From NCBI GenBank assembly GCA_002269645.1, contig NIVC01000774.1, forward strand, positions 62,001 to 126,000: a stretch of 64,000 nt of DNA. The letters run 5' to 3'. A model generated the notes under the pieces. It searched no databases. It worked only from the letters and a program-made list of their open reading frames with translations, and had not been told where the DNA came from. This DNA comes from Macrostomum lignano. Taxonomy: Eukaryota. Shown in pieces: positions 21,801 through 29,100 of the stretch (its first letter is position 1; every line of letters starts with the position of its first letter). Both the position numbers and the translations under genes were made by a program.

Positions 21801-22110
21801 ACCGATCCAGCTTCGACAGCTGCGCCCGCTGGCTTGACGAGCTCCGCCTGGCGGCTGACCGGCGGCTCACCATCATGCTGGTGGCCAACAAAGCTGACCT
21901 GCCGTCCGCTGCAGTTTCCAGGGATGAAGCTGAGCGATTTGTTCAAGAATTCGGCCTGGCCGGCTTTGCCGAGGTGAGCGCCATGGCAGCGGCGGCGGCG
22001 TCAGTGGCGCCTTCAAGCAGCTGTTGAAGCTGCGACTGGCGCGGGACGCCGACAATGACGTTGAGAAAGGTGGAAACGGTGACGGAATCCTTCTGATTGA
22101 GGGTGTCTAG
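8454..22110 (+). CDS. CARD - APPBP2/PAT1-like TPR - Asp/Lys/Ser-rich linker - Rab-like GTPase fusion gene (~1,570 aa reconstructed), interrupted by a LINE and two inferred 1-nt frameshifts
   Basis: Phase-compatible exons: 8454-8533, 8969-9223, 9336-9695, 10309-~10990, ~12008/12022-12290, 12391-12496, 13289-13845, 14329-15889, [LINE], 20599-20878, 20969-21143, 21733-22110. Inferred frameshifts at ~10869 and ~21985. Confidence 0.75.
8969..9400 (+). other. CARD (death-fold) domain coding region
   Basis: RINRVSLVQQLNVYPVLDILWREKILSDADLKLIKRGSSKADHTRILLDILPTKDQ..WYLRFREAL follows the CARD pattern (R..LV..L....LD.L....IL ... R.LLD.LP.K ... F..AL). Confidence 0.8.
11005..11421 (+). mobile_element. 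tRNA-derived SINE family A, copy 1 (intronic; carries a ~58-bp internal insertion)
   Basis: Box-B-like GGCTCGATTCC. Body matches the copies at 13938, 57268 and 58188. Confidence 0.8.
11521..12003. mobile_element. MITE-like element with ~62-bp imperfect inverted repeats (11521-11583 / 11940-12003)
   Basis: ggaaaaatcattttttcatcccaaaatcaatgatcgcatttgatctggggcggtgaagat is mirrored by atcttcaccgccccagatcaaataaaatcattgattttgtgatgaagaaatgattttttcc. No clear TSD. Confidence 0.65.
12590..12860. repeat. 32-bp minisatellite CCAGGCGTGGGTACATTCTGGATTCCATTCTT in intron 12497-13288
   Basis: Direct reading. Explains the overlapping ORFs 12529-13061. Confidence 0.93.
12875..13187 (-). mobile_element. tRNA-derived CORE-like SINE family B, copy 1
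   Basis: Head with box A/B (TAGTGG..., GGTTCGATTCCC), central CCTTGAGCAAGACAATTAAC...CAGTTCAACCAGCTGTAAAATGG resembling the MIR CORE domain, and an (ATT)n tail. Second copy at 48729. Confidence 0.8.
13938..14128 (+). mobile_element. SINE family A, 5'-truncated copy 2 (intron 13846-14328)
   Basis: Near-identical to the 3' half of copies 1, 3 and 4. Confidence 0.8.
15020..15810 (+). repeat. Coding 9-bp repeat (AAGGACAAG = DKK/KDK) with a 300-bp higher-order duplication
   Basis: 15121-15240 is identical to 15421-15540 (KKSSESGSSDDDAQKEKKPEK block). Confidence 0.95.
15889..15977 (+). ncRNA. Candidate HDV-like self-cleaving ribozyme at the element 5' end
   Basis: P2 GGAGCU(15934-39)/AGCUCC(15972-77); P3 GCC/GGC; L3 UCAUCGC; J4/2 ACCAA; imperfect P1 CCCGAUC/GACCCGG (5 of 7 pairs). 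Confidence 0.55.
16066..16131 (+). other. 2A (StopGo) ribosome-skipping peptide in frame with the LINE ORF
   Basis: RLVLFALALTTLAGDIETNPGP (GAC ATC GAA ACT AAT CCC GGC CCA at 16108-16131) matches D(V/I)ExNPG|P. Confidence 0.9.
16168..20556 (+). CDS. LINE ORF: [2A upstream] PHD-like x3 - AP endonuclease - reverse transcriptase - RNase H - C-terminal Zn finger; frame is open from 15889
   Basis: APE: QWNADG, VQETKL, GDFNSH, SDHTPI. RT: FRPISL, QAGFR, LDFCKAFDKV, GLPQGSV, YADD. RNase H: IYCDGS, CSDSQS, WVPGHQNIPGNELAD. Zn finger: CHRC...HWLDC. Confidence 0.96.
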   Translation: MHSLPCEVPECSERCHCQKKCSGMHRAEIVRSPWRCSVHRPLELDSASAAHLRDLPAPEPRMSQPTRCHSCSGPIRTGTTPLTCAAKGCALACHRSSNCSHISRYRGAPSWLCPLHRQQAVQLPGAHSIFRRPALTRRQADPTTDRDLNDPSDAQRRYCAKCSTAIRRGVAFVKCNSCSAAYHKCCTGLNRNAADAAARSPWDCPVCTARTQGAPAPSAATSRVPLQDKVARDTKFADSLRLLQWNADGIASKLPELAERLSDSDIDIAAVQETKLSNRTQLPKINGYIAVRKDRGDGSGGGLLLLIRDKLAFRSSPQPTATADMEIQTVDIQISTANWITITNVYAPPVRTCVEDRQLPDWNHLGTPSQGIILGDFNSHSPAWDPIQPQDERGSTLLDWSIDTQLEILNDGSPTRVNKATGGESSPDVSFASSKLASKCTWQVSDDLGSDHTPIVIRLDLKVRTLPKAQSRLIWCKQGVDWNAFQTVVEDKFKALHKEHLTFDARAKRFNDIVMQAANLCIGKVRTSHRPRPWLTPELKAAIKLRNRLRRSVGENREDWLSACANVHKIARATKEAAWRDTITDLEKEPNSNKAWKFIRSLNGTPDSNCPNEALQVGNKVLTDPRDKANAFAKQYASVSRYHISHSDRATIREAKAILRLPLPLPGSTHDGYAAITEQELDSAIQHQRANGAAGADEVTPRFIKALGPLARAELLSLFNWSFQHAAVAQSWRTAIIIPLLKAGKSARDIAAFRPISLTSCIVKLLERILVTRLHHLAERHGWISPNQAGFRANYSCEDQLLRVTQDISDGMNLKPSERTIIALLDFCKAFDKVWRERLITVMARKRVPLVFIKWTAAFLRHRIARVQLHGARSSPVIMRQGLPQGSVIAPFLFLIFIDTVNDVVNPPAEISMYADDIALRARHRNKLEAQRAVQRALDNVARWSNEHKMVLNPDKSEAAFFSTDTSEAAWSPAISIEGRNLRHNPTPRLLGLTLDRTLSFRSHLEHVCNRTTSRCRLLACLASKEWGWSKKLLLRIYRAMQLSIINFAAPAWHPWLSESAFQQLERAQNAALRIVTGQHRTTPVEALRLEAGICSVRTGSNVICLTAFERAQRLPDSHPCRIAATGNTAHRLRRNSWRNHVTDLLPLIASSVTPRAMICTARPPPWDPFSTDVRVDMALPEPGPARTATAIDTIRHLPGLITIYCDGSASGGTTNGGASAIVTTGDPAHPIILATLQQRGAPSTSSFEEELRAASLAIGWINQAALTAATNICSDSQSMLRALASGNPRIRSALPTASAEITWQWVPGHQNIPGNELADQAAKEATTLVSPASQISIHSAKNVIRRSVLDPPIRHERTRHAYRLLNRQLEEDSITNRADAVLLARLRSGHCTLFNAYRSIVDPAVDPACHRCGHPCDDLEHWLDCPALAGTRLRLLGGPTTDISSISADPLGLIALARHCP
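20969..22110 (+). other. Rab-like small GTPase domain (terminal exons of the fusion gene)
   Basis: KLK|VVLVGDSGVGKS (G1), STVGVDF (G2), DTAGQER (G3), YYRGA, NKADL (G4), EVSA (G5). Splice sites AAAG|gtgaaa..aacag|TC and AAAG|gtgagg..gtgcag|GT. Confidence 0.93.
21180..21560. repeat. ~32-bp minisatellite AGTTCGGTCCTCAATACGACCCCAGACTGTTT in Rab intron 21144-21732
   Basis: Direct reading. Confidence 0.93.
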
Positions 22111-22961
22111 AATCTTCAGCCTTCGTACAATTTCTACTTGCTTATTTTGCTTGACTTCCCCGCCTACTTTTTTTCACCGAATCTCCTTGCCCGGAACTGC
22201 AAAAACAGGCGGCCTTTTGTCAGCTCTACTTGACACAGCTGATTATTTTATCGTTTTACGCGAGAAGAAACCGGCCGCTAACGCAGCTACTCGCAGTAGA
22301 GCAATACGTAAAGCGAGAGAATTTTTATCTTTGCTGCCAACAAAACACTTTTCTGTTAATCTCTGTTTTGTACCCAAATTTGTCCATTCCTTCGAGACGT
22401 TTTTATAAACAGGGGATTTTTCCAGAGCTTTGAATTCTTTAATCTCTGTAACCTGACTTTGATAATCTCAACACGGCTTTACAAATATTTACAAAATGCT
22501 ATGAAATCACGATAAAAGATTAATAATTGAATAAATTGGGTTGGCTGAGAATTATTGGTCATTTTAAACTCCTCAGCTCAGTATAACAAAAATTGTATGC
22601 ATGATTGTTCATTTATTAATAGAATTATTCGTTCCACAAGCCAGCAGAAATGAAATACTAATATTTTGAAATCCACATACACTTAACATGTCTGATAGCC
22701 TACTGAGCCGAGTAGTAAAGCGGGAGAGAGAATGGCAAAATAGTTATGGTTAAATATATAATTATATCGATGATATAAACTTGAATACAAAGCAAAGCCG
22801 CACAGGTGTGTAAAATGAGCAAAGGTATTTACAGTACAAAATCGATAAGCATTGCTAAGCAAGCACATTTCAAGGTCAAACTGCTTTGCGCTTATTTAAA
22901 TTCAATTCAAGGATTAAAACTGAGTAAAAGCAGCAGGAGTTCCACGCTGCAGAGGCGAATT

Positions 22962-22995
<34 letters not shown>

Positions 22996-23196
22996 TACTA
23001 TAACTGTGTTGATTATGAAAATACTGCGCTACTCAAAATTAAGGGCATAACATATTTCATAATAACATTATCAGTATGGTTAAAATACGCGGGTCGCTAA
23101 GTCTACTATGAGTAGTAAACAGTTTTCAGCAAACAAGAAGGATGATCGAAGAACTCTGTTGAATTGCCACTGTCTCGCGCGAGATTGAAAACAGTT

Positions 23197-26100
23197 TTAG
23201 TTGACCAAGGCGGCTGGCGTCCGGCACAGAACTTCCGCCACCTCCTCCTTGGTGATCCAGATCGCTCCACTCTCTGATGACGACATCGAACTGCTGGTTG
23301 TGACGGAGTCTGACAGAGTTGCTGGTGGCTGCTGCCGGTGAGGGGGGCTCGACTGCCGGACCTGAGAGGCTGCATTTGTAGGTGTTGACCGGCCCGCTGA
23401 ACAACCTGGCTTTTGTGCAGTTGGCTTTTTCTGCTCAATCTGCTTTTGCTGTTGCTGATGTTGCTGATGTTGTTCTTGTTTTTTCTGAAGCTGCAACTGC
23501 TGCTCTTCCTTCTGCTTTTGTTGTTGCTTCTGCTTTATAAGCAATGTTTGCTGCTGCTGCGGCTGGACGTGCTGTTGCTTTTTTTGTTGGTGGTCTGGTG
23601 GCACTTGTTGCGGTTGCTGCTTTTGCGGTTGTTGCGGTTGTGGCTGTTGCTGCTTTTGCGGTTGTTGCGGTTGTGGCTGTTGCTGCTTTTGTAGCTGTTG
23701 TTGCTGTGGCTGTTGCTGTTGTTGTGGCTGTTGTTGCTTTTGTGGCTGTTGCTGTTGCTGTTGCTGCTTTTGCGGTTGTTGCGGTTGTGGCTGTTGCTGC
23801 TTTTGTAGCTGCTGTTGCTGTGGCTGTTGCTGCTTTTGTGGCTGTTGTTGCTTTTGTAGCTGTTGTTGTTGCTGTTGTTGTGGCTTTTGTTGCTTTTGTG
23901 GCTGTTGCTGCTTTTGCGGTTGTTGCGGTTGTGGCTGTTGCTGCTTTTCTAGCTGTTGTTGCTGTGGCTGTTGCTGCTTTTGTGGCTGTTGTTGCTTTTG
24001 TAGCTGTTGTTGTTGCTGTTGTTGTGGCTGTTGTTGCTTTTGTGGCTGTTGCTGTTGCTGTTGCTGCCTTTGCGGTTGTGGCTGTTGCTGCTTTTGTGGC
24101 TGTTGCTGTTGCTGCTTTTGCGGTTGTTGCGGTTGTGGCTGTTGTTGCTTTTGTGGCTGTTGTTGCTGTGGCTGTTGCTGTTGTTGCTTTTGTAGCTGTT
24201 GTTGTGGCTGTTGCTGCTTTTGTGGCTGTTGTTGTTCTGTCTGTTGCTGTTTCTGGTTTTGCAATGGTTTTTGCAGCAGTTGCCGCTGCTGGGGCTTTTG
24301 CATTTGTTGCTGCTGCTGTTGAGTCAGCTGTTTCACCGGCAGCGCACGCTTCTGCGTCATCTGCGTCTGCGCTTGCGCCTGGCTGCCGATGCTGGTGATT
24401 CCTCCACCCAGCCTGGCCACGGCTGACTTGTTCAACCGCACGTTGGTGGCGTTCGCCCGGCGAATCGACTGCGGCTGGCGAACTGCGTTGGCAAATCAAG
24501 GTCGGGGATGGGGATTGGTTAACAGTCACTGGCAGCCTACCAGTTATGAGTAGTGCAGCTTACAGTTATGAGTAGTGCAGCCTACCAGTTATGAGTAGTG
24601 CAGCCTACCAGTTATGAGTAGTGCAGCCTACCAGTTATGAGTAGTGCAGCCTACCAGTTATGAGTAGTGCAGCCTACCAGTTATGAGTAGTGCAGCCTAC
24701 CAGTTATGAGTAGTGCAGCCTACCAGTTATGAGTAGTGCAGCCTACCAGTTATGAGTAGTGCAGCCTACCAGTTATGAGTAGTGCAGCCTACCAGTTATG
24801 AGTAGTGCAGCCTACCAGTTATGAGTAGTGCAGCCTACCAGTTATGAGTAGTGCAGCCTACCAGTTATGAGTAGTGCAGCCTACCAGTTATGAGTAGTGC
24901 AGCCTACCAGTTATGAGTAGTGCAGCCTACCAGTTATGAGTAGTGCAGCCTACCAGTTATGAGTAGTGCAGCCTACCAGTTATGAGTAGTGCAGCCTACC
25001 AGTTATGAGTAGTGCAGCCTACCAGTTATGAGTAGTGCAGCCTACCAGTTATGAGTAGTGCAGCCTACCAGTTATGAGTAGTGCAGCCTACCAGTAGTCA
25101 GGAATTTAAATACTCTGTACATTGTGTTGGCTCTGTTCGGGCGTGAATCTCCCAACAAGACCCAGACAAAAATTTCCCTGCATTAAACCGAAATTAATCT
25201 GGCCGCGCACACAGAATCAAACTCGAGTAACAACTCGAATTTTGGTGCGAGAGACAGACTGCGGCACTCAAAGCATTTGCTCACCGGGCGAACCGCTGAT
25301 GCTGGACACGCGGCCTCTGCCAGCGCTGCCGCCGCGGCCGCCGCCTCCGCCAATGAGTTTCCTCGGCGGGCCCGGCGCCCCGTCAACCGACTTCGGACGC
25401 TTAACGATGCGCGCCCGGCCGACGCCAGCCGCTGAAGATGCCGACGGCGCTGGTGGCGAGTCCAGCCGGGAGGAGCTCACATCTTCAATGTCGGCGCTGA
25501 CATCGTCCTCGTCGCAGATGGTGGAGCCGGCCTCCGAGTCGCCGCCGCCGCCGCCGCTAGATATAGTCAGGTTGAAGGTGATCGGCGACTGCTGCCGATG
25601 AATTGAGGCCGAGGCCGATGTTGAAGAAGCCGATGACGTCACCTGAAGAGTGAACCGCTGTGCCGGGCTGCCGTCCAGACTGCCGGCCGGGGAGGCATCC
25701 GAATAACCGGAGTCTTTCGAGCGGCGGCCGGCGCTGATGGAGGTCGATGAAGGCGCAGGCGGGGCTGACCTGACCGGGGTCGGTGCGACAATGCCAAGCG
25801 GCTTTCCGGCACCGCTCAGCATCGGCTGCTGCTGCTGCTGTTGCCTTAGGACAGAAGATGAAGGCGGAGTCAGCTTTGATGATGGCGCAGCAATAGAGGA
25901 GGCCGAGCTGGACGGCTTTGCCGGAGTGGAAGCCATCACAGGCGTTGGAATTGTGCTGGGCTTGGAGCTGGCGCCGGCCTGAGGCCGCACAGTCGAAGCC
26001 GGCATGGGCAGCCTGGAGGAGGCGGTGCCGCTGGCTATAGCGGACGGACTCACGGGCACCCAGGATGTGCCGGCCACGATGGGCTTGGGCGCGGGCAGCT

Positions 26101-29100
26101 GAGAAACCGCTGGCACGTGGCGCACCGAAGCAATCGGCACAGGCGACGGTGCCGCCGGCGGCTTGACCTGGCCGAACAGAGCGCCTGTGGCGTCTCCATC
26201 GTCCTCGTCGTCGGTGAGGTCCAAGTCTGTGTCCGTGTCCTGCGACGCGTCAACCTCGGCCGTCAGCTCTGCGTTAGTCGCCGATGCGTGCGGACTCTCC
26301 CGAATAGCGGCGGCGTCAATCTCCATGGAGGAGCCGCTGAGGTCGCTGGTGTCAATATCCGACAGCTCCAGCGTGAGCTGCCCGGCGGCCGGCTCCTCGT
26401 CGCTGTGGATGCTGAAGGTGCGGCTGTCAACTGGACGTCCGGGCGCGTCGGCGCTTGTTCGACTGCCGCCGCTGCTGCTCTGTCTGTCGGCGTCGCGTAG
26501 TTCAACAGGCGACGGCGAGCTTCGCTCCTCCGTCAGGGTGTACAGCCGCCTGTCAGTGCCGGCGTGGAGCCTGCAGGCCAGGCGGTGGTGCTGATGGACC
26601 AGGTGGATCTTGCTGCTGCTGCTGCTGCTGCCGGGGGCGGGTTGACGCGGCGGCGCCGGCGGCGGCAGCCGATGCTGATGGCGGGCCGCCCCGGTTAACG
26701 ACGCTTGGGTTTTCGGTTTCGACGGCCCCGCCTCGCTGCTGGCCGACTCCGCTAGCGGCTGTTGCTGCTGCTGCGGCCGTTGCTTTCTTCCGTCGAAACC
26801 TATCCAGAAAAAAGACGCCTTGCTGTTGCTGCTCGCGCTGCTGTCGCCGCCCTCGCCATTGGAATCGATGGCTGGCCTCGCACGGGCGGCCGCTAACTGC
26901 TGCTGCTGTTTCTTTGGCATAGCAGAAGAAATGCAGGCTTCAAGCAGTTGGTCGGCGTTGTCGCTTGAGCAGCTGGATGACCGGCTGGAGGTCTGCGCCG
27001 ATGTCCGGTAGGAAAAGTGGGCCGGCGTGTCCTCGGTTTTGTAGGTGACCTGCGGGTCAGGCGTTGAAATTCTTTTCTATCTACCTACAATCACTGACAA
27101 CTGAGTGTATGAATGAGAGCTGCAGCAGTGCTTTTAAAATTAACCTGCCTGTAAGATCTCATCGGATTATTTATAACATTCCTTATGAAATCTCTGGTAT
27201 ATATGTCTTCTTTGTGAGAACTCATAGGAATGTTGCTAATGTTCCTTGTGAGATCTTATAAGAATCTTGCTAATCTTCCTTGTGAAATCTCATAGCAATG
27301 CTACCAATTCTACTTGTGAGATCTCATAGCAATGCTACTAATCTTCCTTGTGAGATCTCATAGCAATGCTACTCATCTTCCTTGTGAGATCTCATAAATG
27401 CTACCAATCTTCCTTGTGAGCCCTCATAGCAATGCTACTCATCTTCCTTGTGAGATCTTATAAGAATCTTGCTAATCTTCCTTGTGAAATCTCATAGCAA
27501 TGCTACCAATCCTCCTTGTGAGCCCTCATAGCAATGCTACTAATCTTCCTTGTGAGCCCTCATAGCAATGCTACTAATCTTCCTTGTGAGATCTCATAAA
27601 TGCTACCAATCTTCCTTGTGAGATCTCATAGCAATGCTACTAATCTTCCTTGTGAGATCTCATAGCAATGCTACTAATCTTCCTTGTGAGCCCTCATAGC
27701 AATGCTACTAATCTTCCTTGTGAGATCTCATAAATGCTACCAATCTTCCTTGTGAGATCTCATAGCAATGCTACCAATCTTCCTTGTGAGATCTCATAGC
27801 AATGCTACTAATCTTCCTTGTGAGATCTCATAGCAATGCTACTAATCTTCCTTGTGAGATCTCATAAATGCTACCAATCTTCCTTGTGAGATCTCATAGC
27901 AATGCTACCAATCTTCCTTGTGAGATCTCATTGAAATGCTGAAAGATGCTCGCGCCCACTCCACTATCAAGCAGACACTCACCGTCTTCTCATCGCACTG
28001 AACGCCAACAGCACCGCGAGTGGAGCGACCGGCCACAGCAGCTCCGACGCCGGACTGTACAGGTCCGATGTCCTCTTCATCGTCTTCCTCGTGGATGACA
28101 TTGCCAGCCACCTCGTGCTCGTCCAGCTCGTCCTCCTCGTCCTCGATGCCCAAGCCGATGTCTATGGCCTCCTCTTCATCCTCCTCGTCCTCAATGGCCA
28201 GCGCTGCTGCCACTTCGTCCACTTCGTCGTCGTCATCGTCGCGCTCTTCGACACCCCTAGCTAAACCGAGAGACAGCGCTGGCGCCGACTGCTGCTGCTG
28301 CTGCTGCTGCTGTTGCTGTGCCGGAGCGCCGTCAGCGGCGCCGTAGTTCAAATCGACACTAGACGGCGGAGACGGAGTGTGCTCAACGTGGAACACAGTT
28401 GGCCGGTCGTCAGTCACAGTTGTGATGGTTTTAGCCGCGGCATGGGCTCTGGATGGCGGCATGCCGCTGCGAATGCAGTCCTGCAGGATCTGCGAGTCCA
28501 GACCGTCGTCTTCGTCTTTTGACGAGGAGGAAGCGGCTGAGGAAGCCTTGCTGGCGCTGCCTGGTCGGCGATGCCGCCCTGCGGCTCCAGGAATTTGTTG
28601 GGGCTGCGTTGAACGTTGAACTGTCCGCGTCTGCGGTTGCTGCTGTTGCTGCTGTGTGTGTGTGTGTGTGTGTCTTCGGCTGGGCGGGTTCCCTCATTGC
28701 ACCCACTCAGGGTGCGTGCACTTCAGGAACCCTAGCACCTTCGCTTCATCTCCCAGATCCTCCAGACCTTGAATACCAAAACGCGCCCTCTCCTTATGCC
28801 ACCTGTCGCACCACACCCAGTGGTCCTTGTCCTCTTCCTCACCGCAGTCCTGACAACTCGCCTTTGCCTCAGCACCGATTTTTTGTCGCCAGTAGGCCGT
28901 CTTCTTGCATTGACCACATCTGAGTTGGGCGAGTGTGGTCTCCGTGCTACGATTTTCAGCGCATTTGTTAATTTTGTGCTTGTAGACCCTACGGAGACGC
29001 TCATCAGAGGGCGGGGGCGCCGGCTCCTTCCTGATGGCCGCCTTTACACAGTTCCACATGACGGGGACGTCGTCCTGCGGTAGAGCCGCTGCTTCCTTAG

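Noticed and set aside
21971-21980. GAG|gtgagc as a splice donor ending the Rab exon
   Set aside because: The bases encode the G5 motif EVSA and a helix-5-like sequence follows after one frameshift. Not fully excluded without RNA data.
23413-24529. ATAT-, AV- and LW-rich ORFs overlapping the polyQ exon
   Set aside because: They are shadow frames; only the Gln frame is phase-compatible with the APC splice sites.
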